Assembly: GCF_031769215.1 (NCBI RefSeq)
Contig: NW_026782582.1
Coordinates: forward strand, 310,001 to 374,000
Length of the DNA stretch: 64,000 nt
Direction: 5' to 3'
Source: Ylistrum balloti
Taxonomy: Eukaryota
Shown here: piece after piece, positions 38,407-52,000 of the stretch
How positions within the stretch are numbered: position 1 is the first letter of the stretch
Layout: every line of letters begins with the position of its first letter
Program-made: the position numbers and the translations under genes
Notes under the pieces: model-generated
What the model saw: the letters and a program-made list of their open reading frames with translations, nothing else
What the model was told of the DNA's origin: nothing
The model's database searches: none

Positions 38407-41269
38407 TCCGTAGTTATGGGGGACATTATTTTTCCATTTATTACCCACGTTGTGGGAAAGGTACGCTTACTATTGTGGGGAGTTTGGCATGTCCCCACAA
38501 TTAATTGGCCTCTTAAATTGCATTGAAATTGCGCGAAATGTCAAGAAAAATAATTATTTCAAATGTCCCCATAACGTTTTTACTACCTCAATAGTGCTCA
38601 GGTGTGCATGAATATTTCCCTTCCTTGTAACTGTACCAGGACATTATTTCTAATTTATGTCAGGACATCGCTTTGATGTCCCCGCACCTACATAGATAAA
38701 CATGTGCCTACAAAGATTGTCTACGAAATTAAAACCTGACGCAAATTTATTCAATATTCAGGAGAGATTAAGTTGGGTTAAGGAACAGTATACACTTACC
38801 ATTACCATATCTATGACATTACTATAGGAGATGGATGCCCTCAGAATGTCTTTGTGAAACCCATATCCTCACAGTGAAAACTAGACGACAAAGAGACAGC
38901 GTTTAAACTGAGGACAGGTTATGTACAGTAATTTCATATAAAACATCACTATTCCGTTTGTTGAATGTGATATGGCGAGAAAGATCATGTGATCAGATAC
39001 AAAACAAACAGTTCAGAGATTGTAATGGTTGATCGTTTTTCAAAGCATTCGTTTCAAATCACAATGATTAGTTTAAACTTACTGTATTGCTATGAAGAAA
39101 AAGGATTGAGCACAAATTACAACAATATTATTAACGACCATTCCTTTAGAACAAAAACAATTGCCTCAAAATAATCATGTACATATCATTTTTAATTCAG
39201 AGATTTACTCGAATTTCATGGCTAAATAAATAAATACATTCTGACAAAACACATCTTAACTATACACTATATTACACATTTAACCGCACCAACCGAATCA
39301 TGTTATCACACAACACAAGCATGCTCGCAAGCCATGAAAATTCGCACACAAATTAAACTAATTGGAAAGAAATAATTATGCGATTTCATAGAGAAACATA
39401 AGAACGTAGAAAGTGACGTATCTAAAACCGGCGAGTACTCAGTCACAATGATGATGTGTTGACAAGTTAAATTCAGTCTACATTGGTATTCCTAAGTATA
39501 TATAGCTCCTAGGTAGAAGTCCTAATGTGTAAACTGAAAAAGTCCAAAATGGACACGACACAGTTCTGATCGGGAATCCGATGTAGCCTAGACAATAGAT
39601 GACGTAATGACCTCGGGTAGACATGTAGATAGATATGTAACAAAACATACTAGGAGAGTCCGTGTGTCACTCTGAAAACAAATACTCGAGGATATTAATA
39701 CATTGATGTGTTATTAATCAAAGCAATTATAACAGTTATAGAGACAATTGAACATAAATTAACGATCAAGTAGAAAAGATTAAAAATATGATTTTTTTTT
39801 CAGTTATATCAACATAGATTTAGTATTTTAGAATGGAGATTTAGGGAACTCAGAATATTTGTTACAGTAGCATCGACTTCTCTATATTTCTAACGAACTA
39901 GTGATGCCGAAATATTGACAAAAACCATTCCTTTTATACATAAAACCGTCCACACAATGTAGTTTTTATATGTACTAACTCTCTCGTTTATATATAGATA
40001 GTGAAGAAGAATATTTCGTTTTATTTGGTCGCCAGCCTAGACATTTAAAGATTGCACATTAACATTTTGTGATCTTCGTTCATTTTCATCTGATATATTA
40101 ATGGGAAATAAATGTATACATATCGCATTTCATCGCAAGATTGATCAGGTTAGAGACCATGCCTCACCCTGACTGCAAACCAAATTAAACATCGTAAATA
40201 TATCTCTCCAGATAGGATAATCTCTACTCTATATCTGGATAAAAAAAATCTCCGTAACCACCAGAATAATACATCCTCCCCTCAACAGACCCTTCCTCCA
40301 TCAGGACCCCTTCCCAAACATGCCCCTTTCCTGTATCAGGACACCCTTCAACTCCAGCAGACCCCTACCCCAACACAACTCCTGAAGTTATTGGTAAAGA
40401 AAGGACAACCATTAAACTATCTGTCTTGATATTTAATGTCGTTAATTACTTATATTGATTATTCGAATAAATTAGATAACTAATCAGAGGCAAAAAACGG
40501 AAACGAATCTGTTGTATTTGCTGCACTGTTGAATTGATAGGAAGTAAGATTACTATTGTATCGAGACAAGTGATGCTATAATGACGAGGACTAAGTGGAC
40601 AACAGCAGTGATCCCGTTACCAGATATTGAAATTAAAACAGGCAGTTTTATTAATGAAATCTATCCTGTCGATTTCAAACTGGAAGGTCGGTAAATTGTT
40701 CCTTTAAAGCGACAAAAAACGGAAACCCAGTTTATATACATGAAAGGCCTACGTTTATCGTTGACACAATCCATTCTGTGATAATGCCGGCTCCTGTCAT
40801 ACCAGCACGTGACAGGCTAATTGCAATAACATGTCGAACAATTTCAAAATATGCAAGACAACCTGATTTATGACGTCACCACAGATTTTTTTTCGCATAC
40901 AGAAGCTATTTTCTTTGAAATTCTTCCCTTACAGTATGTTTAAGTGATAAATGTTGTCTATCAATTTGTTTCTTTTATTAAATAATGACTAATAATATTA
41001 TCAGACGTTCCCTCAGGTGTCTTGACCCGGAACTAAAATAGTGAGATTCATGTATGACAAACAATAAAATCTGATGTCGTGATCTGTGGGGAATGTTAAA
41101 TGAATGGGTTGGCCTTTCCTATGAACATGTGACTAAAATATCAAATGCTCGAGATATTTATATAAAGTTCGAACATGTCCTGATTAACACTCTTAAGAAT
41201 ACTTGTGGTCAGTACTGAGATACAGTATTCAGACACACCGTTGTGAAACCAGGAGGACTTTCAGTTTTG

Positions 41270-42245
41270 TAACCATTAAAGAACTAGGGAGGGTCTACAG
41301 CTCTATAACCATTTTAGAACTGATGAGGGCCTACAGGTTTGTAATCAGTTAGAACCGGGGAAGACCTATAGGTCTGTAACCTGTTTAGAACTAAGGAGGG
41401 TCTACAGGTTTGCAATCAGTTAGAACTGAGGAGGGCCTACAGGTTTGCAATCAGTTAGAACTGAGGAGGGCCTATAGGTCTGTAATCAGTTTAGAACTAA
41501 GGAGGGTCTACAGGTTTGCAATCAGTTAGAACTGAGGAGGGCCTATAGGTCTGTAATCAGTTATAACTAAGGAGGGCCTACAGGTCTGTAATCAGTTAGA
41601 ACTAAGGAGGCCTACAGGTCTGTAATCAGTTAGAACTAAGGAGGGCCTACAGGTCTGTAATCAGTTAGAACTGAGGAGGCCGACAGGTGTGTAATCAGTT
41701 AGAACTGAGGAGGGCCTACAGGTTTGTAATCAGTTAGAACTGAGGAGGGCCTACAGGTCTGTTATCAGTTAGAACTGAGGAGGGCCTACAGGTCTGTAAT
41801 CAGTTAGAACTGAGGAGGGCCTACAGGTTTGTAATCAGTTAGAACTGAGGAGGGCCTACAGGTCTGTTATCAGTTAGAACTGAGGAGGGCCTACAGGTCT
41901 GTTATCAGTTAGAACTGAGGAGGCCGACAGGTGTGTAATCAGTTAGAACTGAGGAGGGCCTACAGGTTTGTAATCAGTTAGAACTGAGGAGGCCGACAGG
42001 TGTGTAATCAGTTAGAACTAAGGAGGCCTACAGGTCTGTAATCAGTTAGAACTGAGGAGGGCCTACAGGTTTGTAATCAGTTAGAACTGAGGAGGGCCTA
42101 CAGGTTTGTAATCAGTTAGAACTGAGGAGGCCTACAGGTCTGTAATCAGTTTAGAACTGAGGAGGGCCTACAGGTCTGTTATCAGTTAGAACTGAGGAGG
42201 GCCTACAGGTCTGTAATCAGTTAGAACTAAGGAGGCCTACAGGTC
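41270..42245. repeat. 35-bp minisatellite, about 27 copies
   Basis: Unit tagaactgaggagggcctacaggtctgtaatcagt. Confidence 0.93.
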
Positions 42246-43048
42246 AGTCATGGTGGGGCTTACGATGACATAAATACAATATTTATAATTTATAATGCCC
42301 ACGTTGGCCTTATTACATTATACTTAATTGATAACGCACATCAGTATCCGTCATCACATTTTAATACTTTTTACTATGTGTGAATGATTTTAATAAAAAA
42401 TTGAGCAAATGTTGCACAAAAATGCCAATTTCCTTTTCGAACAGTAGAAATACTCCGATCCCCAATGGGTCATGTGAGACTCCTGGGCCGTGACACAATT
42501 CCATTTCAGCACCTTGTATCCATGCAGAGTATTGTATTTTGTCATATCTCGGTATTGAGTAAAATGTAAATCAAAGTGAACCATTTCCATCAACTCTAGG
42601 GTTCAGGCTATGTCGGTATGTGTACATATCCTTAAAGCTTATAACGCTAATTCTTACTAACATTGGAATATCTCTAATGGAAATTAAACAAACTATGCTA
42701 AAACATAAGTTTCTTACATAAACTAGAACAGATTTTAACTCTCCTCAGGGCGATTATTATACCTGGAGTCATGAAATTCACATTTTTGGTAGAGCACCTT
42801 AAAATCCTTCCATCTATGACGAGCATTTGATTCATATCTGGGATTCGAGAAATGCAATTTCCCTTGTGGGATGGGAACAATAATTCATATATTTTCTAAG
42901 CCTTTGGTCATAGAAGATCTTTGTAAATATTCAATAAGGCTACTTCAGGGTTCCTTCAGAACTTTTAATTCCAAATTCTAACATTAAATAACATGTGTAG
43001 ATTTATACTAATTGATCAACACTTTGATTGACAGCGGGACGTTTGAGG

Positions 43049-46000
43049 ATGTGGTGGGTGGTGTTACTCTCTGCCAAAGTGGGCATGGTCTGGAGCTACA
43101 GTATGGGGGCACCTTCTACCACCTGCTCCACCATGTTTCCCGTACACAGTGGTAGTCCTGCACAGACCACTCAACCGCCGTACTTCTTCCAGCTCAGCAA
43201 GACTACCTTCACACCAGGAGAAACACTCTCAGGTACCACTGCATGAAAATCTACAACATTTACCATATGGAGTGTTTACTGTCACATTTCTGTGTGGGAA
43301 ATGATTGATACATTTACAACCGATCGATAGAAATAACAATTTTATATAACAAACTTTTCTGTTAAAATGAAAATGCCCATAACAGCGACAATTGCATTCC
43401 TGAAACCATGACACGACATTTATCAATTTCCTGTTTTAAATGCACGGGTCAATAAATTCATTTGTAAACAACCGTAAAGATAGAACTATACCCGAAGTAT
43501 TCAAATTGGGCGATTACTTTCATTTTACTAATTATAATCAGTTTTTTGTAGGTATACGTAACTGTGACCCGCGTACAATTCTCCATATTGGCTTACCTAT
43601 AACCAGTATGACAATGATAGGCGACCACGCCTTCCCTCTCGGCCTCGCTCGATCAGTCTAATACTAAGCTCATTTATATATTTCCACGCTATACATATTT
43701 TAAATGATTTATGTAATTACTGACATTCTCCGATTTTCCAATGTGTGAAATGTTGATATTATCATAATTCAAATTAATTCCGATGACGTCATTTTCCGAT
43801 GAAAATAGCGAGTCGCGTGCTTTTATTCTAGGCGAACGGACAGAATCGTAGGATTTTACGTGGTTTTGTAGCATTGCTGAATTTACTGTATTTATTATTA
43901 GATACAAAACACCAAAGTTACTCCTTAGTCAATAGAAGAGGTGTTCAGGGCCTCTCATCAGTAAATACAAAATATGTCAAAGGAAAGCGTGATTTGAAAA
44001 TGAATTTTAGCATGAAAACCACATGTGTGCGTATCTGGTTGTAGGGTCCCAAATTTTGTATAAACAAAGTATGTTTTCCCGAGCCACTTGGAGGCAGAGG
44101 GGCGGGGCACAATAGGGTAAACAACTAAAGCCATTCTCCAATTTTTCTTCTGTTTGATTGAAAGTGACCAAATTTGGTGTGGAGTTTAAAACATACTGAT
44201 CTTTTGGGGCAAAAACAAACTGTATAACAATATAATTATAAATGATTTGATGTGAAAATTGAGATATCATGTTGAATGAATAAATCACGACAGGACCTGA
44301 TAATCGATGAAGTGGTCTTTGACGATCATATTGAAGTGTAAAATTTAATTTTACAGTGAACTTGGTTGGAAATGGAGTGATATTGAGAGGGTACCAGATT
44401 CAAGCCCGAGATGGGAATGGTAACGTGGTAGGACAGTTCACGTCAGCCGCCGGGGCCAGGACGATCACCTGTGGTCTGGAGGTGAGTACACACCTGTTAC
44501 AATAAAATACATCCCAAGGGGCCGTGTAGTTTGTACTATAACTGATATTTATTTCTGCATATTAATAGTGTGAGGTCGTATACCAAAACGATGTATTTGT
44601 ACCATTTCAGAATAAATTAATGTTATTTGTGACGCAGCGACAACGAAATTGACAAAGATCACTTTTAATTATTACACATAAATACAATTTTTAGGTCAAA
44701 CGTAACATTGTAACGGTTTCAGTCTACTGTCACTGCCTTTGGAACTAGATTTTACTTCCAATCCTAGTTTTCTGAATTTTGAAAATTGCCAGTAGATTAT
44801 CAGCGACTTCTAGCCACAGTCCTATGTTACACTGCATATACAATGCCACCATCTTTCAAAACAGTGTCATACATATATACCATGTTTTTCTTCTTTTTGA
44901 ATCGTGTATTGAGCATTCTAGTCAAGTCCAATGTTACAACCCTGTTTTTCTTTTTTTGAATCGTGCATTGAGCATTCTAGTCAAGTCCTATGTTACAACC
45001 CTGTTTTTCTTCTGTTTGAATCGTGCATTGAGCGTTCTAGACAAGTCCTATATTACAACCCTGTTTTTCTTCTTTTTGAATCGTGCATTGAGCATTCTAG
45101 TCAAGTCCTATGTTACAACCCTGTTTTTCTTCTTTTTGAATCGTGCATTGAGCATTCTAGACAAGTCCTATGTTACAACCCTGTTTTTCTTCTTTTTGAA
45201 TCGTGCATTGAGCATTCTAGACAAGTCCTATGTTACAACCCTGTTTTTCTTCTTTTTGAATCGTGCATTGAGCATTCTAGTCAAGTCCTATGTTACAACC
45301 CTGTTTTTCTTCTTTTTGAATCGTGCATTGAGCATTCTAGACAAGTCCTATATTACAACCCTGTTTTTCTTCTTTTTGAATCGTGCATTGAGCATTCTAG
45401 TCAAGTCCTATGTTACAACCCTGTTTTTCTTTTTTTGAATCGTGCATTGAGCATTCTAGTCAAGTCCTATGTTACAACCCTGTTTTTCTTCTTTTTGAAT
45501 CGTGCATTGAGCATTCTAGACAAGTCCTATATTACAACCCTGTTTTTCTTCTTTTTGAATCGTGCATTGAGCATTCTAGTCAAGTCCTATGTTACAACCC
45601 TGTTTTTCTTCTTTTAGAATCTTGCACTGAGCATTCTAGTCAAGTCCTATGTTACACTGTGTATACAATACCACAAAACAGTGCCATACATGTATACCTT
45701 CTTACTTTTGAATTTTGCATTGAGCATCCTTCTTGTAAATCAGTATACATTGTCAGTCATGGTGTCTCGTACTTCATCATGTCTCTCTTGTGTCTCTGGT
45801 AATTTAAACACATATTATTGCCTCATCTCTCTTCCTCCGTGTACTATCAGACCTCCGTCTTAGCTTTAACATGAATACTCATTTGAAAGGAAACTTATCA
45901 TTGATTCATATCATTAACATAATGTGAACTGCAACCAAAGATGTAGTGCAGACTCAAGGATATTTATGAATGTGAAGATTTGATGAAACAGGTTTAAATA

Positions 46001-49000
46001 TGATCAACATGTAACTCTAATGAAAATTGACAAAATCAAAAAATGAATTTTTCACAACAACTTTAAGAGGAAATAAGTATTTTCTGGAAAATTATACAGT
46101 GAATAGACAGCTGATGTATGCCATCGGAATGGTTATGGAATATGCCTTAATAAAGCTGAACAGTTTATAATGTAGAGTATATATCTCGTTTAAGGCACAC
46201 GGATAACATGTGAACATTAAGAATGATAGATTTAGGCTCTTTGAGGAATAAATATTGTCAATGAGTACATCGTGGGCCGCTGTGAAATAATTCTTTATTT
46301 CTGTTATGTCGAAGACGGAGTGATACGTGGCACCGTAGCGTATAAATAGATCTTACTTCAACCCATAACAATAACAACCCATAACACTAACAACCCATAA
46401 CAATAACAACCCTTAACACTAACAACCCATAACAATAACAACCCATAGCAATAACAACCCATAACACGAACAACCCATAACAATAACAACCCTTAACACT
46501 AACAACCCATAGCAATAACAACCCATAACAATAACAACCCATAGCAATACCAATGACATGTTTGATACAGTATTTGTTAATTGTTTACTGAACGTTTGTA
46601 GAATGGAGCACTGACCCACAGTAACGCCAGAAACAAACAGGGTGTAAGTTTTACTTGGCAAGCACCCACCCCCGCTGTAGGAGGCATCCAGTTCATGTAA
46701 GTAATTTTTATGTTACTGGTTTTCTCTCCCTGGCCACATATTATTGATCAATTACTGTCACAGTCAAAATGTGTGTATATCACTCAAACATATATAATTC
46801 TCTTCTCTTACACCCTATTTTAGAGGTTAAATTAAGACTTTTTTCTGGTGAGGATCATTTGAGAGGTTAAATTAAAAGAATAAAAAGAAAGAAAGAAAAA
46901 AACCCGAAAAAAATGAAACAACAACAAAACACTAAAAAATCACTACTGGATTCAAAATATATGTAACAGGAAACATTCGCTTATTTTTGTCGTGAATGCT
47001 GAATATTTTTTATATTTTCAAGGCGATTTTTGTTTCAAATAAATTTCATTTCCATTAAAATGCATTAGAATGATACCAGGATAATTAAAACAAAAGCAAA
47101 AACAAAAATGTTAAATTCCAATTTTTAACTTGATTGAAAGCCGCAAATCTCCATAGTAATATATATTTATGTGACAATGATTTGAAATCAAAAATTTGTT
47201 TTCGATTTTATGTTTTGAAAAAAAAAGATACAAAAGAAGGGAGGTTGTCGTGTTTATTTATTTGGTTTTTTTTCATCCAAATGTCTTTTTTTTTCTTCTC
47301 AAATCTTAAACAGAGTGAAATATTTAGTTTTGGGTCTTCAAGAAAAAATGATCAATCAATTCAGCATTACGTGTTTAAAATACCACAGGAAACGAAAACT
47401 CGCTGGAAAGAGAATCACATCAACTACGCCGCTACAAATGTAGTCCATTAGAAAAATCTACAAAATAACATTGTGGGAAGTTTTAAAACGCACGTCAATT
47501 GTTGACAAAATGTATCGAAACGCAAAACTGTGTGACGTTACGTTGCCATTTATTGAATTGTTCCCACTTCCGGTCAAGCATGATTCTCGTACATCCTTAA
47601 AATGTTTCGTCACTACGATAAATTGAAGCTTGTAAAACTAACCCCTTCCACAGTATAAACTGGATTCTCATCAGAGGTATATAATAACAGTGTGAAATGA
47701 AAGGAAGCACTTCCTTTTTCTTGCCTTTGTCTTCTTTTAAATGGAATTGTGCCTCTTTTGCTTTTTCAGTGACTAAAACGTTGTGAAATCAACCCATTTT
47801 TTTCAAAGTGAATTGTTGACCTGAATTTAGGGCACACGTGCTTATAGTGTTTAGGTTTTGTAACACATATATATCTTTTCATGTTTTCAACAAACAGTGT
47901 CAGTACGACTTGAACATGTACACCCGTCTTTTTGGGTCATTAGTAAGGTCATCAAACGCAAAGGTTTTACACTGTACTCAAGTTTACTTGTCTTGTTAAC
48001 AGTGATGATCAAACTCAAGTCTGCCATTCTCATTTCAGTGCAACTGTTGTGCAGACCTACAATGTTTTTTGGTTGAACGTGAATTCTCCACAAATAACAG
48101 CGGTTACCGTTCCTCCAACTCTTCCACCACAACCGCCAACGACCATGGTGGTCACAGTGCCGTCAACAAGAAAGCCACCCGTCACTCTGCCGCCTGAGAC
48201 CACCACATCGGCGGCAATGACAGAAGAAATCACCACTCAGGCGCCTACCATAGTAACGACAGATCTAACACAGATACAAACGGTATTTATCAATGGGATT
48301 TACATACAGGGATGTTTTTTTAATGTCACGTGTGATACTCTTTGGAACATTGCATTATAACCTACCTAACGTAATCAACACGTTGTAGTTAAATGGTAGG
48401 ATGAAGTTAATATCATTTTTTATTTTAATTACTTTGATAAATTAATATTTAAGATGTACTCATGTTTAAGATGATATAAATTGTCTTTTTAAAAAAACTA
48501 TTACGCTACATTAAAATTTTGTCACATTTGTAAACATTGTTGTTACATTTAAAAAAATTCTTTCTGGAACAGTACAACCCATAAATTTCCTTAATTTGTA
48601 AGTAAATGAAAGCGTAGTATTTTCTCCAACTAGTTCTAGTCTTTCCTTGTCAATAAAGTTAATTTGTTATTGAAGTTTATCATGAGCTTTAAGATACGGA
48701 AATGAACGTGTCAATTAAACATATTGTCCGTTGATTTAGCAAACGACACCAGCATCGGGAAGAGTGACAATGGATGATACATGCGGTACCAGCAAGGGCT
48801 GTTTCGTGAGCTGTGAGGGGGACAGCTGTGAATATGTTGTCACTTGGAAACATGGACCAGAGTATGTCGACTTCGAAGTATCATCGAAGATCGAGATTGA
48901 TGGTGTCCACTGGATAGCGATCGCTTTCTCTAATGATGTTAAAATGGTAAGCCCGCTATTAGGGTCCATGAGGAAAGGATGTTTTAAAATGATGACTTTT

Positions 49001-52000
49001 TGTCACCACTGAATTATTGTTTAAAACAGGCCGAAGATCAACTTTCATGATGATTTATAAATCATTATTAGCTTGGTTGGTGCATCCCATGAGGATGCAT
49101 GAATCTCACACGGCCAAAATTTCTGAAATAAATCTTCGACTCATAGGGCAGGAAGTATTTACTTTTTTGAAATGATGAGTATTTTTTGAACCGATAGTTG
49201 TTTCCAGCAATATTGATTTCTCTTGAAATAGACTGATACTGGCGCAATAAGCAGTAATGACATCGAAATTCTAATTTTCAATTTGACTTAACAGTTGCAA
49301 ATCTCCATAGCAACCTAAAATGTATATTACCTTCTGATTGTTCAAAATATCTATATTTAATGAAATTTGATCACTGCAAAAGTAAAACTGTATAACAGTG
49401 CAGAACCAATCTCGATGTCAACGAGGCGACTTATAGTCTGTCAATTTGTTGAAATGTTTACATTTTCCAACTTCAATGAAATTCAGGTTCCGTGTTTTTT
49501 TTTTGCAAATCTGAATACTTCACTGATATTGTTTTCAGATTGAAAAAAAATCAAGGTCGTGCGCTTGACTCGGATTAATAAAACAATTGATAAAACCTGA
49601 TTAAAATGATATTCGTTACGTCGGTATAGTATGATACAACGAACAAGGAAGTGGTATGATGGTGTAGATGCCTGAGCCAACCTGTACTTGCAATGTGCTG
49701 GTGTTTCAAAACTATTAGCACTTGCCTGTGCTGGTAGGTAAGGCATTAATTTTCAGCATATAATTATATGTGAAACAATGATGATGGTGTAGATGCCTGA
49801 GATGTGAAACCTGAATGATGATGGTGTAGATGCCTGAGCCAACCTGTACTTGCAATGTGCTGGTGTTTCAAAACTATTAGCACTTGCCTGTGCTGGTAGG
49901 TAAGGCATTAATTTTCAGCAATATATGTTATATGTGAAATAGAATGATGATGGTGTAGATGCCTGAGCCAACCTGTACTTGCAATGTGCATCAAAGATGT
50001 GAAATGGAATGATGATGGTGTAGATGCCTGAGCCAACCTGTACTTGCAATGTGCTGGTGTTTCAAAACTATTAGCACTTGCCTGTGCTGGTAGGTAAGGC
50101 ATTAATTTTCAACAATACATCAAAGATGTGAAATGGAATGATGATGGTGTAGATGCCTGAGCCAACCTGTACTTGCAATGTGCTGGTGTATTAAAACTAT
50201 TAGCACTTGCCTGTGCTGGTAGGTAAGGCATTAATTTTCAGCAATATATGTTATATGTGAAATAGAATGATGATGGTGTAGATGCCTGAGCCAACCTGTA
50301 CTTGCAATGTGCTGGTGTTTCAAAACTATTAGCACTTGCCTGTGCTGGTAGGTAAGGCATTAATTTTCAGCAATATATGTTATATGTGAAATAGAATGAT
50401 GATGGTGTAGATGCCTGAGCCAACCTGTACTTGCAATGTGCTGGTGTTTCAAAACTATTAGCACTTGCCTGTGCTGGTAGGTAAGGCATTAATTTTCAGC
50501 AATATATGTTATATGTGAAATAAAATGATGATGGTGTAGATGCCTGAGCCAACCTGTACTTGCAATGTGCTGGTGTTTCAAAACTATTAGCACTTGCCTG
50601 TGCTGGTAGGTAAGGCATTAATTTTCAGCAGATGTCATGACCTGTAAATGCCATACTTGACTAACGTATTATCGAGTGATTTATAATCTTAACGAGGTGG
50701 AGATTTTGTTAATCAGAAGTATGCTTGATAATATCAACAGGAACATTTTATGAGGTAATAATACACACAGTAAAACCACTTATGCATTTCTCTTGCCTAA
50801 CTTTTGCACTTTGAGATCTCCAAAAGTGGACAAAGCTGGTTGACTTGAGTCCTCAAGGTTTGCCAAAATCTGCATGTCTCGTTTAAATGCATTCGAATAT
50901 CGAAGCAGTGTATTGGAAAAGTATGAATTTTGAGAAAATCTTTACTATTTCTTTCTCTTTTTATTATTTTTCATTTTACCGACTGGGACCTTGCTCAGTC
51001 TTGGGTTATAGCAATTTAAGCCGTTAGCGTCACTGACGAAACGTAGAAGAACTGCTGTATGATACAGAATACAGCCTAACCCATAATTTAACTCTAGTCT
51101 AATTCTGAAGGGAGAGTGCCAATTGGTACCATTCTGTTGACACAATATTGTTTTGAAGAATGACAAGTTAATGTCACATCCATATTACCTGCTATTTATA
51201 GAATTACGTTATTTTGCTGGCTCACTGAAAATTTTAGAGTTAAAATGGGAGATGTGGAAAAATATGGAGCGAAAGGAAGAAGTACATATGATTTTTTAAT
51301 CTGCCAAATAATCATCAAGTCTTGAGAAGTTAGTTGAATATAGTGATTATTGTTAAAAAGGTTAGTGATTTGAGAAATATTTCATGTTATATATTGTTTT
51401 TTTTGGTGTGGTAAAGATTATTTGTCTATGTCCTATTTCACAGTTTTTGGTATTAGATTTTAAGACCTGTACCTATTTAGTGAAAACCAACGCACGCACA
51501 CAACAACTATCAAATCAATAATCTGTTGTAATGATTTTATTGTAAATATTTCGTTTTACATCCTCCCAAATTGACAAAACATTTTTTTTCTATGAGCCTA
51601 CACAAACTTTGAAACTGTGAATACCATGTTATGTACAGTTGACTTTAAAACATCTTTCTGCAAAAAACAAGCTTATCATATATGACCACAGAATGACCCA
51701 AATTGATGAAATGTACTATTCATTTGAGTGTCTACTGTACTTTTTACTTGAGGTTTGACACATGAGGACAAAAATACTGTTTTACCTTGTCCATTATAAA
51801 TCTACCCAACAGTTTGAATATAAACAAACAAACGATTCCAGGGACTGCCATATTTATAATTTTTATAAATATTTATATAATCACATGACCCAGTATATAA
51901 AGAAGGAAAAATACAAAGATTTTTTTTATTTCATGAATTATCTTCATTTAATAAATAATTTAGAAAGACAATAGTTGGAACTTATTGCCTTTATTAAAAG

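Noticed and set aside
44779-45802. Three overlapping ORFs of 130-228 aa
   Set aside because: All derive from the intronic 60-bp array; several frames are open only because the unit is a multiple of 3.
49657-50629. The 125-bp repeat as a remnant of the missing DOMON exon (it has AG|GTAAGG, ttttcag and a DDGVDA-like peptide)
   Set aside because: All three plus frames contain stops within a unit, and the rest of the peptide does not resemble DOMON. An in-frame TGA as selenocysteine has no supporting SECIS or homology.
50945-51166. 73-aa minus-strand ORF as an inverted DOMON exon or nested gene
   Set aside because: No recognisable motif and no partner exons.
51141-51297. Peptide KLMSHPYYLLF resembling the DOMON DL..PYYLL motif
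   Set aside because: It is bounded by a stop at 51138, has no suitable acceptor or donor in phase, and the flanking residues do not match. Probably chance in AT-rich DNA.
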